DNA of 64,000 bases from the human T2T-CHM13v2.0 reference genome, Homo sapiens. Each line of letters opens with the position of its first letter. The stretch's first letter is position 1. Below, piece by piece: positions 1 to 14,376 of the stretch. A program made the position numbers and the translations under genes. The notes below the pieces were generated by a model. The model worked only from the letters and a program-made list of their open reading frames with translations. It made no database searches and had not been told where the DNA came from. Location: NCBI RefSeq assembly GCF_009914755.1, contig NC_060930.1; one strand, given 5' to 3'.

Positions 1-1070
1 GGTTGGAATAAGTCAGAAGTTTGTTTCTCTGGTAAGTGGTCTAGTGATATTATGATGAATGTATTCACTCATCAGGGATCCAGGCTCTTTCCACCTGTTG
101 CTCTGCCATTCTCAATGTGTAGCATCCATCTCAATGATCAAGGTGGTTTTCTCCAGCTCCTCCCATTGTTTCCACAATCCAGAGAGCAGGAGGGTGGAAA
201 GGAGAAAAAGCATGTCTGTTCTAAGGACATAACTTGGAAGTTTCATTGTCTCATACATCATTTTATTTCACAATTCTATAGCTAGAACTTAGTCACATGG
301 CCACATCTAATTATGACAAAGATTAAGAAAAGCGGTCTTTATTCTGTTGAGGGGCATGTTATCCCATGGCTAGAACATGAAGTTTAATTATTATGAGAGA
401 GAAGGAGAGAATGAGAGACATATAGCAGTCTCTCCCATGGCTTATCTCTCTTCCAGCCAAATACCTATGTGCACCCTTCTTCTCACTGACAGGACACACT
501 TCGGCACCTGCTCCATTCCCATCAAGAAAGACAACTACAAAGTCTCATCTGGTAAATTGCATTAGGAGGGCCCAGAAGTTCAGGGTGATGTGAGTCATTT
601 CTATCAGGTTTGGGTGAGTCACCCTATGGTCTATTACCCCTCACCCCCAACTGCACACAATAGACAATGGTGAGGGTGGGAACTGGGTAATTACCATGAA
701 GACTTCCACTCAGAAAAGTGCAGAAAGGGATGTACTGAATCACAGAGAGCTATGGCATCTAGCAAATCCAACTCAGCAGGTGTTTTGATACTTCCCAACC
801 CAAGCAGTGAAGTAAATTCCTTAATCAGCTCTATCTGGTAGTGCTGGTTCTTCCCACTGGAAGGAATCCCTTACCATTTAGATTCTTTGGGCTCCAGTGG
901 TGTCTTTTAGACATCCTTTTTGGCTTTTTATTGTCTACTACTAAATCTGAAGTAGTCACTGGAGAGTGTGCACTTCCTGAAAGCTGTAGAGGGTTCTCAG
1001 CCAGCTTTCTGATGGTGCAGGTTTGGAAGTTCAGGGTTTATTTTAGGGATCAAAATCACATCATTTGAAG
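1..1070 (-). mobile_element. Old ERVL-MaLR (MLT1J/K/L-like) LTR plus internal fragment
   Basis: MLT1 motifs 'agaacttagtcacatggccacatcta' and 'atcagggatccaggctctttcc'. The following sequence resembles MLT1-int. Confidence 0.55.
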
Positions 1071-1119
1071 GTGAGGCTTGCATGTATTGCCCCATACCTG
1101 TGATTATAGAGAAAGTGGG

Positions 1120-1260
1120 GTAGGGAGAGAAGGCACTGAAACTGGAATTAAAATTGTCATCGCCACAAACATGTGTGACTAGGACAAGTCCCCCTCTCAA
1201 TGTTGATTTCCTCATCTGCAAAATGATTATTTTGAACTCTGCTCTCTGAGGGCCCCAACC
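1120..1260 (+). mobile_element. MIR fragment
   Basis: Core 'tgtgtgactaggacaagt...tttcctcatctgcaaaatg'. Confidence 0.5.
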
Positions 1261-1794
1261 AGTTCAGTCCTGACAGCCGGTTTTAAGTGAGTAAGCAGTT
1301 GCCATTTCTAGGAATGTTTGAATTTCCTTCAGCTTTGAAGTCTTTTTAAATCTTTTGTTGGTGGAATGTAGTTTATTAAAATAGAAAGAGCACATCATCT
1401 CTTGCATTCATACTGTTTTCCAAAGTAGTTTGTGCCATTTTAGTTCACCGTGCTCTTTCCCCCCACCTCCAAACCTGGAAATAGGACTCCTTTCTTTCCC
1501 ATCCTGGCTTTGGGCTTCATTCCTGAGTATCCTTATGAGAACTGTCAGACACTTTTTTCTCTGAATGGAGGAAATTGTATTGGTTCAAGGACGAGAAGGT
1601 CAACAGACACAGATTCTAGAGCAGTGGTCCTCTGTTCTGTATGTTTGTGTGTAGAGGGAGACTTGAATATTTTGAAAAATATTCTCCAATTCTTTCCTGA
1701 TACACCGTTCTATCACTGCCTTATTTAAGATGGTAGATTTTGGAAGAACTTTTGGGGTGATCTGATGTCTATTCACCTTCTATGCCCCACTCCA

Positions 1795-1827
1795 ACACAC
1801 ACAACACACACACACAGACACACACAC
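1795..1827. repeat. (CA)n microsatellite, imperfect
   Basis: Read directly from the sequence. Confidence 0.9.
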
Positions 1828-2094
1828 CCCTCCATGAAGAAGCATTACCCCAGATTGGGGAAGTTGCTAAACATTTCTACATAAAAAGAACTTAACCCAA
1901 GATGAAAATTTGATGGAAGACTGTGTTAGGTTCCCATTGGTGCTGTAGCAAATCGCCACAAACTTAGTGTCAACCTAAATAACAGAGAGAGAATCTCTAA
2001 AAGAAAATATATTTGTTTGGGAATAGAGCATTGCAATGAGAATACACATGTCATAGTAACCTATGTGCATATTCAGGGAGGTAAAGGAAGATGA

Positions 2095-2442
<348 letters not shown>

Positions 2443-2713
2443 GATAGTTTTTAAAATTAAAAATGAGAAGAATTACATTATTGTTTTGAAGCAATTATCC
2501 TTGTCTACAAAGATCAATAACAAACGTGATGCCAGTCCAAGGCTGGACAGGGAGTTACTGGGCAGATTTCTTTGCAGAAGTATTTTTTGTGGAAAGCCTT
2601 TATGCAAATTGTTAGTTTTTGTAGTGCCTGATTTTTTTTTTTTAAATCAGATATACAGGCATGAGAACCCTCTCTTCATGGCCTTCCTCAGCTCTATCTG
2701 TCACCATTTTCTT

Positions 2714-3013
2714 TCTTTCTTTGAGACATAATGTTGCTTTGCTACCCAGGCTGGAGTGCAGTGGCATGATCCCAGCTCACTGCAACCTCTGCCTCCCCAG
2801 CTCAGGTGATTCTCCCACTCCAGCCTCTTGAGTAGCTGGGACTACAGGCATATGACAGCATGCCCAGCTATTTTTTTTTTTTTTTGTATTTTTAGTAGAG
2901 ATGGGGTTTTGCCATGTTGCCCAGACTGGTCTTGAACTCCTGAGCTCAGACAATCTGCCTTTTTTGATGTCCCAAAGTGCTAGGATTACAGTCATGAGCC
3001 ACTGCGCCCAGCC
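2714..3013 (-). mobile_element. AluJ-like element
   Basis: Full dimer; perfect 15-bp TSD tgtcaccattttctt (2699-2713, 3014-3028). Confidence 0.93.
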
Positions 3014-3594
3014 TGTCACCATTTTCTTAATATTAGTGACTGCATCTTAATTCTGACAACTTTCACAGTAGCTTAAAACAATACATTTCTTTTTAAACTT
3101 ACAGTTCTGGAGGTCAACAGTCTGAGATGGTCAATAGTCACTTGGCTAAAATCAAGGTGCTAGCAGGGGTTCATTCCTTTTTAGAGGCTCTAGGGGGAAA
3201 TTCATTTTCTTGACTTTCCAGCTTTAGAGGCTGATCACAGTTCTTGGCTCATCACTCCCTTCCTCCATCTTCAAAGCCAGCAATGGCTGGTGGAGTCTTT
3301 TTTATGATGTCATATCTCTCATTCTGATCCTCCTATCTCCCTCTTTCCCATTCAATTCCCTTGTGATTAAATTGGGTCCACCTGGATAATCCAGAATAGT
3401 CTTTTTATTTTAAGGTTAGCTTATTATCAACCTTAATTCCATCTGCAATGTTAGTTATTCATAGGTTCTGGAGGTTAAGACATGGAGATATTTGAGACCA
3501 TTATTTTGCCTAAAACAAACACCAATCAATGTTGAGAGAAAACTAGCAGGTAATAACATTTTAGGTACATGTTAGATAATGAATTTTACTCTAT

Positions 3595-4770
3595 CTATTT
3601 ATTTGACATATTGTGTGATTGCTATGAATCTGGCACTGAGCCAGGCTTTAGGAATAAATGTAATGAAAAAACAAACAAACATCACAAAAACTCATGTATT
3701 TTCCTCTGTGTGGAGAAATAAGCAAGTCTGCAATAGGATGACATGGAAATGTCCTATTATGGGGAACTACAGACACTACAGGAGCAGCTTCGAACCAGAC
3801 CTATGGGGTGACAGCAACTGGGGAAACCAGGCAAGGGATGGAGGGGTGAGGTGAAGAGGTGGGGGATGCAGCAGTGAGAGAGAACATAGTGACTGGCCAC
3901 TCAGCAAGGAAGAATAACTAGAAGCAGTTCATAACTATTGAAGATGGGGACTGAATTTGGGAGAAGCAGAAGTTAGGAGATCAAGCTGAGGATGGAACTT
4001 TTGGCCAGACCATGGGCTTTGTAAGTGATTTTGAAGCATTGGCACTTTATTCTGATGGTATTGGGAACCGACTATAGGCTAGGAGGGCCAGATTTCCCTC
4101 ATATAAAGGTCATTGCAAAGACCAGCACCAGAAGGGTGGTAGTAATGGAAATGGGAGTGAAAGGGTAGGCATGTACTATGGTTTGACTGTCCCTTCCAAA
4201 ATTCAGGTGTTGCAACTTACTGGCCAATGTGATGCGAGTGAGGCCTTTAAGAGGTGATTAGAGCATGAAAGCTCCTTCCTCATAAAAGGGATTAAGGCTT
4301 TTATGAAAGAAGCTTCTCACAGCATTTGGCTAGCTTACCCTTCTGCTTTTCCCTGTGTGAGGACACAGCGTTCCTTCCCTCTCGAGGATGCAACAACAAG
4401 GTGCCATCTTGAAAGCAGAGAGCCCTCACCAGACAACTGAACCTGCTGGTGCCTTGATCTTGGACTTCTCAACCTCTAGAACAGTGGAAAAATAAATCTC
4501 TATTCTTTATAAATTACCCAGTCTGTGGCATTCTGTTATAGCAGCACAAATGGACTAAGACAGAATGAGACACCTTTAAAATAATTGACGGGAGCAGAGG
4601 ACTGACTAGATGTGCTAAATAAAGAAGAAAGTCGAGTCAGTGACTATGAGACATTGCCCTTGGTGACGAAGCAAAAGAAAATGAGTTTGAAGTGGGGCTG
4701 ATCCATGTGAAATGTGGAGGATCCCAAAAGATGATCAGAAACATCCAGCTCTCCCCAGAGGGGACTTGAA
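3595..4770 (-). mobile_element. L2 3' fragments interrupted by an MST LTR
   Basis: 'ctggcactgagccaggcttta', 'ggcactttattctgatggtattgggaacc', 'agtaatggaaatgggagtgaaag' resemble antisense L2. Confidence 0.55.
4174..4562 (+). mobile_element. MST (MSTC/D-like) MaLR solo LTR
   Basis: tactatggtttga... to ...gcacaaatggactaagaca; TSD gcatg/gaatg. Confidence 0.85.
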
Positions 4771-5869
4771 CACACTTTGAAGAATCCCGAATTAAAAAAA
4801 TATGAGTTCTTGTTAAATTTAAAATGATCTCTGGCTGGTAAAATTGATACGTTCTTGTTCTTTTATTGTAAAATGTAAGTAACATCATTTATAAAATTTG
4901 AAGATCAAATTGAAGGTGAACTATAATAACAATTTTTTCTTAAAAATAGAACCAAGCATTTTCTTGCTTTCCTCCTAAGTCCAAATCTAAAGATTCAGTG
5001 ATGGGGAAATTACTTCATCTCACCTGGCAAAATGACAAGGGATGTCTTATAAAAATCTGTTTACAGTAGTACATTTTCAGCCTCATCATTGTAGAGCAGC
5101 AGCACACCTCCTCTGGTAGATTTCACACTTTAGTAATTCATTATGTCACAGGTTCCTCTTGGTGTGAAATTCCTCTGATTAGGAAGAGCTGACAGAGGCA
5201 GGAGAATGAAGTAATTCTCTTCTTCTCTCTTCTAAACAAGTCATTTTTAATATTTCTCCAAGGTCAAGTTCAATTGAAAATAGGACAGGGTGATAACTCC
5301 TTAGATTTGTACTAATAACGGGGTGTTCTCAGCAGAGGCTTTTTGGCAGGAGAGCAAAGATGACTTATCAAAATGCTTAAGAAAGCAAAATTGCCTGCCA
5401 GACAGGAGATCCAAAAGTTTTGGGGCTTGTTATAGCTAGATTTTTTTTTAAATTTTGCTAATAAGAATGAGCCTAATGCTACAACAGCAATGCCTTTGAA
5501 AGCATGATTTCAGATGCAGAGCGCAAATGTTCCTCTTCAAATTTTCTTTATAATTTTCATTTTAGATGTTTCCTTCCAACTAGCTTCAGAGTTAGATAAA
5601 TTATGAGAGAGGCCAATGCTTTTTATCTTCGTGGCAATTGTTTGAGTGACATCTTGCAGCTTGTTTTCAAAAGACCAGTGGCTTCTTCATGAACTTTCCT
5701 CAATGAATCCTTCAATCATTCTAGTTGTCTTCCGTGGCCTGCAATACAGAGCCTTGAAGATCTGGAAAATTGATGTTGGTTGTCTATAGATTCAAGGGCC
5801 TGTGGCTAGATTCACTTACTCATAGGTGTCAAAGAGGGGCTTATATTTCACAAGTAGTGATACTAAATG

Positions 5870-6100
5870 GTCATGGCTAAGCTCTTGATTCAAGCCTCAG
5901 CTCCACCCTTTCCTAGGTTTGTGATCTTGGGCAAGTTAGTTAACCTATCTGAACCTAACCTCAATTTCTTATCGGGACATAGAGATACAGGTAGTATTTG
6001 CCTCATTGGGGTTTATGAGAAGATTAAATGAGATAAGATATAGAAAGTATTTAGGCCAGTGGGTAGCACATAGTGAGCTCTAAACAGGAGGCAGTTATTT
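5870..6100 (+). mobile_element. MIR
   Basis: 'tgtgatcttgggcaagttagttaacct...gaagattaaatgagataa...gcacatagtgagctc'. Confidence 0.8.
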
Positions 6101-7033
6101 TTAATTATGTGCTATAAAAAGAGAAAAATGAAAAGACTCTCAAGTTCTGAAAAGAATATTAAAAGATTTTTATTTCTTCCTGTATAGCCCCTGTTGTTTT
6201 ATAATTTGGTACCACCTGCCTTTTATAATAAACACAGCATCAAACTCTATGAATGCATTAATAGAAAATGAAAATCTAAAGAGAAAAAGAAAAAATAAAA
6301 TGAGGGGTATGATGAAAAGATGATATGTGAAAGATAACTTTTCTTGTTGATGTTAATATATTGAAAAAGCACAGAGAGAAGCCTCTTTGGCTTTGAAGTG
6401 CCGAACTAATTAGATCTGGAGAATAGATCCTGAGAAAACGTGGGGATGATAAAAGGGAGCATCATTCCAAGATATTCAGTGGAAAGAATCACATGTAAGA
6501 GAGCCTGAAGGCTTAGCATTATTCCTCAAAGGGGAGTGACAAGGGAATTAAAAAAAATTTAAAGATTGGTGTACCTGGAAAATTCTCTCTTCTCTCTGCA
6601 CTAATTCCACCTAGGCTTCTAGACCCAGGTAAGTTTCCACCTTTCAGGAGCCTTCGGACAGTATATATCAAAGCTCTTCCTGTCCACTCTTCCCTCTGAA
6701 AGTCCACACCCTTGGACATCTAAGATTTAACATTTATTCTATCTTAACATTTTTCTTAGATTGTTCTGATTTTGGTGATTGGGGTGTCCATATTTGATTT
6801 TATGCCCTTCTTTACAGGCTTGAGCATATAAATATTTCCCAGTACTTTCCTTTAATTTTTACATCTACTCTATGTACATATACATTTTATTACTCTATGT
6901 GTAATGAAAAGTATATGCACAGAAGTAATTTCCATAGTAAAGTAATTTACACAGAAGTAATTCAGGATCAGGGAGTTGAAGAAATCTCGGATGGTCATAT
7001 ATCCATGCCTTCCCTGTCATCTTTTATCAACTG

Positions 7034-7381
7034 TATCTTTGTCCATTTGGGCTACTGTCACAGAATATCTTAGACATTGTTGCTTATAAGCAACAGAAGT
7101 TTATTGCTCACAGTTCTGGAGGCTGGGAAGTCCAAAATGAAGGCACTGGCAGATTCAGTGTGTGGTGAGGACCTTCTTCCTCATAGATGCCATCTTCTCA
7201 CTGTGTCCTCACATGGTGCAAGGGGACAATAAGCTTCTTTTATAAGAGCACTAATCCCTTTTGAGCAGGAGCTCTCATGACCTAATAGCCTTTCAAAGGC
7301 CCCACCTCTTAATTCTACCACCTTGAGGGCTAGGTTTCAACATATGCATTTTGGAGGGACATGAACATTCAAACCATAGAA
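7034..7381 (-). mobile_element. MST/MLT1A-type MaLR solo LTR
   Basis: 'ctcacagttctggaggctgggaagtccaa', 'aacattcaaaccatag'; TSD aactg/cactg. Confidence 0.85.
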
Positions 7382-7389
7382 CACTGGAT

Positions 7390-9750
7390 GCTCATCTTCC
7401 TCTACTCTGTGCAACTTCTAGACTCATCCAACCTCTAGCTTCCTCTCTCCACTGTGATTTGCTGATTTCTCTGTATCTTCAAATGGTTCTCTGAATGCTC
7501 CCTCTACATCCTTGCCTTTTCTCTAACCTGGGTTTCCTTTGATGATGAGGCTTCTCTCATGGCTCTCTCAAATAAAGACCCCGTTTTTCTCTCACATCTC
7601 ATAAAACTCAAGGCCAGAAAATTGTGTAGGCATATCCCTGGCTCTCAATTGTTGCTTCCAAACCATGTCTCTTCTTTCCTATCTCAGAGCAAATAAACAA
7701 AAACCCCAAAACAAAAATGCAGGTCCTTTGAAACTTGGTGCTTTCAACTCTTCTATCATTTTTTCTTAACCTTGCTGCTGACTACTGGCCTCCTGTCTTG
7801 CAATCTTTCCTGTAAGACTTTGACTCCCGACTTTTTGTCTTCCTATCTCTAGTTCTGTCATCATTTATGATAACTGTAATATCCATATAAATGAGCCAGT
7901 TAACAGCCTGAACTATCAGTTCTTTAATATCCGCACATCAAATGACCTTTTGTCTGTCCCTCTTCCCAATCCTTGACATTAATACTTCTAAAATCCTTAC
8001 TTCTGGCAGTGGAACAATCTCATGTTTCATAGTGGAACAAAGTTAGTTAAGGGTAAAGTGGCCTTGAAAGGGCTTTGTAGCTGGAGACCAGGGACAACTT
8101 TAAGATGATCTCTGTGAGTTCAAGAGTCAAGACAGAATAGGAACAAAGACATCTTGGTGGATGCCGGGGTGGTTTTGATAACCACTAGGTCACAACCCTC
8201 ATGCCCAGGCACTATTTAAGCCCCCAGCCAATACTAGAAATCAAATATAATCTTTAAGAAAAGAGTAAGCTCCCAAATTGGCTAACATTAAGCTTCCATC
8301 ACCTAGTGGAGTTTTGCAGATTAAGCTCCATTATAAAAGAGTATAGAAAGTTACATTTGCTGTACAACAATGCTGTGAGATAAGATTGGTACCTGCCTTA
8401 TGCACTTTCCCACTTTTAAAAAAGTCTACTTAATAGTTTCTTCTCTCTCCTCAAACTTTCCCCTCTCCCATCTCTTTTTGTTCATTCTTCATTGAGAAAT
8501 GTAAAGGAATACAGAAAAACTTCCTTATATTTTGAGCCAGATTCACATTTACATATTTATACATGCACATATATATATATGTTCTCAGTCTTTCCCCCCA
8601 CCTTTACAATGTATGAAATACCCCAAGTCCATTCTCTTCTCAACATTGTGCAGCTGCAGTCACACACCCTCTTCCATTCTTTTTCTTATTTTTTTATTGT
8701 ATATTTTTAAGGTCTACATCTCTTTTTGATCATCATCGCCCTCTCCCTCTCAACTGGAAGTTCCCACTAGCATACAACTTGACATTCTTTTTCCTTCACT
8801 CCAGGATTCTACAGCGCCTTGAGCTACCACCTCATCTCTTGGCTCTTGGCCAAGGCAAAACATTTTGAAAGGGTTGTCTCCCCTCATTGTCTCCACTTCC
8901 TCATTTCCCAGTCATTCTTCAAGCTCACTTCAAGCCCCCGCAGTCTGGCTGCCTTCTCCCACTCCACTCAAGATGCTATTTTCATATTTGCCAATGACTC
9001 CCATCTTTCAGAATTTAATGCATATGTTTCTCTTCTTATTCCATTCAAGATTTTAATTTGCATTATACCCAGAGAGTCACTTTTTTCTCTTTCTTCTCTT
9101 GGCTTTGTCTTTTGACACCTGACTCTCCAAGTTTTCCATGCATCTCACTGTTCATTTCTTCTCATTTTCCTTTGCTGGCAACTCCTTCTTTAACCAACTG
9201 ATATTTAAAAAAAATCATTTGATATATATTTTTTTAAAAGAGCCTGTCAACCATGAACATAAAACCCTTAATGGACTTTCACTGTATTTAGAAAAATATT
9301 CAAGTTCTTCAGGTACCTTGTTCTCCAATATTTCTCACACCACTTTTCTTTTGCTCACTGGACTCTAGAAATGCTGGCCTTCCTCGTGATTTTCCTGCAT
9401 CACAGCCTTTGCCCCTGTTATACTCTCTTCCTGCCACTCTCTTCTCTTCACGGATATTTTGTGTGACTGGCTTCCTCAGGGGTCAGGTCAATTGTCATCT
9501 TCACAAAGAGGACTTTTCTGGCTTCTTTCTAAGTTTCCCTTTCACACTACTCTATTTCCTTTCTAACGATAATTATAACTGTCTTTTTCTTCAAAATATA
9601 TTTCCTCATTAGTTGTCTCTCTTTGAATGTAAGACTGATGAGAGCAGGAACCTTGTCTATCTTTTCACTGATGCATTCTGAGTGCCTAGAACAATGCTTG
9701 GTGCATAGTAGATGCTCATTAAATATTTGCTGGGTAAATAAATGACTAAC
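7390..9750 (+). mobile_element. Discontinuous L2 fragments ending in an L2 3' end
   Basis: Pyrimidine-rich L2-like body; 3' end 'gtgcctagaacaatgcttggtgcatagtagatgctcattaaatatttgctgggtaaataaatga'. Confidence 0.7.
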
Positions 9751-10122
9751 TAGGTAGTATCGGGGCAGGGATTAAAACCAAGTTTAGGGATTCCAATCTC
9801 TGTGTTTGTATTTAACTACTCCACTATCCTAACTTTAATAGTACAATTATAGGATCAGAGACTTTTCTTTCTGATCTGCAGGGGAAGATGTTAGCAACCT
9901 TCTGGGGATTTGTCAAAAGAACTGAACTCAAGGTTTTGAACTTGGAGTTGTTTGCTCTTTAGTCCTATTCCTTTCCTTCCACTTTGTAATGGGGTGGGCC
10001 AGGGTCTGTGTGGCAGCTACAGGGTTTGGGGTTAGTGAGCTCCTTCCATCTACCTAAGACAGTTTATCACCAGACCCAGTGGAGGTTTAATACATTATTT
10101 TACCAAGTGGTTCAAGCTAATA

Positions 10123-10357
10123 CAGGTTGCATATCCCTTATTCAAAATGCTTGGGAGAAGAAGTGTTTAAGATTTTGGATTTTTTCAAATTTTGGAATAT
10201 TTGCATTATACTTACCAGTTGAGTATCCTAATTAGAAGATCTCAAATCCAAAATGTTCCAACGAGCATTTCCTTTGAGCATCACGTTGGCGCTCAAAAAG
10301 TGTAGGATTTTGAAACATTTCAGATTTTGAATTTTTGGATTAGGGATGCTCAACCAG
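10123..10357. mobile_element. Tigger4a (MER46A) MITE
   Basis: TIRs caggttgcatatccct / agggatgctcaaccag; TA at the left flank; internal ttttggattt repeats. Confidence 0.85.
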
Positions 10358-10729
10358 TGATTTGAAACACTGCAACATCAAAAGCCTGGGGATTGTTCCT
10401 GGTATATCTATCTTATACCTTATTTTTCCCACACACAAGTATACAGGGCCTTGTCAAATAGGTCCTTGGAGGGTGTCTTTCATGAATCTCCATGCTCCCC
10501 TCTTCTGTGTTCCTTTCAGTCCTCATGACTTCCCCACAGTCCTCTCTTTTTCATCTTTTCATCTATTCCCACTCTTCTAGTTGTTCCCACATCCAATGGC
10601 CTTCTTTCCCACAAGACAAAAAGCATCTAAACCCTATGTGGAGTCTTGTGAACTTAGGCCCCTCATCTGTTTCATCTTCCACTGGCCCCATGCTGGTCTA
10701 TGGAGGATGACTGGATGTGGGTGAGTAAT

Positions 10730-11075
10730 TTAACTCTTGCTTTTAGATCCACCCATACTACCAGCTTCCAGATAACCTGCTTATTCAATCTGTGAAACTT
10801 TCTTGTATTCTGTGGTGAAAATTGGTGTGCTTCTCAGTAGTTGCTTCCTTGTAGTCTTAGTTTTCAGCCTTATTTAGTCTTCTAGATCAGTCACTAAACG
10901 TCCATCTGCTTTCAAGTTTCCAACACTTTGTTGACATCTCTTATCTGCTGTAGTTGTGTATCTGGTCATATTTGCTGTTGTGGGCATATGCCATCTTTAT
11001 ATCTTAAATGGCTTGTTTGTTTTTAGTTTTCATGAGGAATAAGAGGCAAACCACTATGCTGATCTGCAGTGTGGT
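10730..11075 (-). mobile_element. HAL1/old L1M 5' fragment
   Basis: 'tttgttgacatctcttatctgctgt' resembles the recalled HAL1 5' end. Confidence 0.45.
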
Positions 11076-12446
11076 CTTTTATTTTTGCCAGGCTTCTTCA
11101 TGAGTTGGTGCCTCACTCTAAAGCAGAACACTTGGGCTTGGTGTATCAGTCTCTTCTGGTTGATACAGCCTATTTCAGTCAAACGATCAGTAAAATGGAA
11201 CTCCCTATCAGTGTTAGTTTAAATAGTTTTTGAGATAATCCTTTTTTTTTTTTAGTTAAATACTCATTTTTCAGATGATTCCCTTTCCCCTTTCTGGCAA
11301 TAAGGCTTCTAAATACATGAAGGGGAGAGTGGAGGAGCTTTCAGATTCATTCAGTCTTCTCTGGATCCTCTAGGTTCTTTGCTATGGGTTGGATGGTATG
11401 GTTTGGCCCTTGAACTGGTGACTGTTGAGGTACAAATTGTCCCATCTGACAGAGATTGCTGAAGGCTGTGGTCCTACCTATTGTTATGAGTAGTGAATTC
11501 TCTATGTCATTTGGGCCTGATTTCCAGGTCCCATCAATCTACTGGCTCCTTCAGTGTCCCTTGGTTCCATTCTGAAAGTTCAGCAGGTTCTTTGTCCCTG
11601 CACTCCCTATGAAGGTTGTGAAGAGAAGCATTTATTTCTGGTCATTTTCCCTAGCCGCTTCATTGTGCTAAAGTGCTCCACGTTGACTTTGAGCCTATTA
11701 TCCCAGCATACTCTTCCCAAGGTTTCAAGGTAGAACAAAGGAAAAACTCCTTTGCTTTCAGTTTTTCCTTAACATATATAAAATGGCTTTCTATAACTGG
11801 GATTTTGGCACAATGAAGGGAAGCTGGGACACGTTTCCTGTACACTTCTACCTTTGCCTGTCTCTACACTTCAACTAGCCTGGAAAGAGCTTTTCACTCT
11901 CTGGTGGGGCATTTCCTCTTTGTCATAAATTCCTGCTCGGGAATATTCAGCTTCATGTCTCCACCTTAAGGGTGAAAAAGTAATGCCTTGAAACTATGTA
12001 AAAAAAACTTCCTTTTACAAGTTTTGGCTTTGATATAGGTGATGGAGAACAAGTTGTAACTATGCATCACTTAGGTTAAAAAAATGTAAAATAAATATAC
12101 CAAGTATATTATCCCTTTATAAATGTTTAATGTGAATCAAAATAAGTCATGAATTATTTTAGAAAGAAAAATATTTCAAATAAGTTAAAATTATTCCAGA
12201 AAAAAAGGAGGACATAAAAAATAAAGACAGCCCAGGAAGAAGCCCTAAATAATGGAAAGGAAAGGCAAATTATGTATGTTCTAGTTGTGTAAATTCTATC
12301 TCTTTGACCATAGGCAAGTCATTTTACTTCTTTTAGTCTACTAAGGTCATTTATGAAAGATAAAAAGATTTCTGTTGCTAGCTTCCAGAGTGTTTTCCAG
12401 TCCTGATACTCTGCCTTTCATGATTTCAGATATTACATTATAGTAG

Positions 12447-12600
12447 TGTTCTGGTTATCTATTACTGCATAACAACCACCCCAAAACTTAGTGGTTTAAA
12501 ACCACAATACTTTATTTATTTCAGGGATTTGCTATCTGGGCTTCGATCTGTAGGGAAAGCTAATTCTGTTTTATCCAACGTCATCTGGGTTGACTTGATG
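12447..12600 (-). mobile_element. MLT1 (H-like) LTR fragment
   Basis: 'tatctattactgcataacaaccaccccaaaacttagtggtttaaa'. Confidence 0.65.
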
Positions 12601-12662
12601 AGTATAATGAGAAGATTAAGTTGAAAGAAAGGAAAATGCAAACTGAATTTTTAAGAGTTATT

Positions 12663-12722
12663 TAAATAAAATAAATAAATAAATAAAATAAAATAAATAA
12701 AATAAAATTTAAATCAATAAAA
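12663..12722. repeat. (TAAA/TAAAA)n simple repeat
   Basis: Read directly from the sequence. Confidence 0.85.
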
Positions 12723-13349
12723 ACTGGTAACATGTTTTACTTCTTCATTCTATTGATGGACAATAAAATTAGCCAATTTGGAACTTGATCAAGATACCTC
12801 AACTCCCATACATCCCCAACTCAGTGATAACAGGAGTTTGGCTTATGCTTTTAAGGTACTGAAGAAAGAGTGCTCTATAATTAATACAGTGATGATGTTA
12901 AATAAAGGTCATTATCTTCCAATTCTTTGAAAATATGAGATGAGTAATAGATTCAAGTAGTCAAAAAGCCCAACATACCTGGTTTCCTCAAAGTTGAGGC
13001 AGGAATAAATGGATGGAGAAACAGAAGGCAATTGCTGAATGAATACAAGTTCAAAGATCAGGAGGAATACATTTTCGAAGTAGTGGAAATTTTTATAGGC
13101 TTTTTCTCAAAAATGAAAAAAATAGTAATAATGGTAATGGCTTACTCAACATAATAAACTCTATATTAAGAGTTTTATATTAATTATGTCATACAAACCG
13201 ATAAGCACTCATATGAATATATAAAATAATTATTTCATGAATGAATAAATGCACAAATAGTAGACAGTAATCTCTCAACAACATTCATAGAATCAATACA
13301 TTTACACTTTAAAGAGATTAGGAAACCAAGACATTAAGAGGTTAAATAC

Positions 13350-13646
13350 GGCCGGGTGTGGTGGCTCATGCCTGTAATCCCAGGACTGTGGGCGGCCGAG
13401 GCAGGTGGATCATGAAGTCAGGATTTCGAGATCAGCCTGGCCAACATGGTGAAAACTGGTCTCTACTAAAAATACAAAAATTAGCTGGGCGTGATGGCAC
13501 ATGCCTGTAGTCCCAGCTACTCTGGAGGCTGAGGCTGCTTGAACCCAGCAGGCGGAGGTTGCAGTGATCCGAGATGGCACCACTGTACTCCAGACTGGGC
13601 AACAGAGTAAGACTCTGTCTTGGGAAAAAAAAATTAAAAAAAAAAG
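13350..13646 (+). mobile_element. AluS (Sg-like) inserted into an antisense MIR (~13270-13735)
   Basis: Full dimer with A tail; TSD gttaaatac; the MIR 'gaggttaaatac|ctttctcaaggtcaca' rejoins across the Alu. Confidence 0.95.
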
Positions 13647-13863
13647 TTAAATACCTTTCTCAAGGTCACATTCAAGTAGGTGAGAAGTAGATATAAGATT
13701 TGAAATAAATCCAAATATTTCAAATTTCAAGCTCCATGGTGTAAAATAATGAAAATCGGAAATGTGGAAATGAGAAATACTGAAAGAAGAAAGTTTTGTC
13801 AAACTTTCAATGCTGTTTAGTAACATGTGATGAAGTAAATATACATTTCTTGTGACTATTATG

Positions 13864-14376
13864 TATAACCTTCAGTTGCCTTCTAAGGTGGGTGGGCCTT
13901 GGTAGCCAGAAGATTCTTTTTTACATCTGGGCTTGAGCAAGAACGGGTGAATTTGGAGGACAAGGCAGAGGGATAAATTATAGCTCTCTAGGAAGGAGGA
14001 GCAAAAGATCGAAAGAGCTCTTAAGAAGACAAGACTTTTAGATGGGAACCACCGTGGGAAATGGCTGAGAAAGAAAACTCTATGTGTCCAGCACTAACAG
14101 GGACTTGGGAGGAGAAACACATTACTGAGGGCATCACAGTTATTTGCTATGAAAGTTTGAACATAAAAGACCGCAAATTGGGTGCAGTGTATACTGCTCG
14201 GGTGATGGGTGCACCATAATTTCACAAATCACCACTAAAGAACTTACTTACATAACCAAATACCACCTGTTCCCCAAAATCCTATGGAAATAAAAAGTTT
14301 TAAAAAAGAAACTTTCGTCATAAAACCTTTTCATCTCCATTCCTAAATCTTCCTGTAATCCCTACGTTCACTAACA
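13864..14376 (+). repeat. Copy A of a local ~330-bp direct duplication (interrupted by L1PB)
   Basis: Aligns by eye with 15069-15400 at ~85% identity; 32-nt identical block at 13969-14000 and 15152-15183. Confidence 0.92.
14169..14307 (+). mobile_element. 5'-truncated L1PB 3' end
   Basis: 'gcagtgtatactgctcgggtgatgggtgcacc...cctatggaaataaaaa'; degenerate 18-bp TSD at 14151-14168 and 14308-14325 (14/18). Confidence 0.85.
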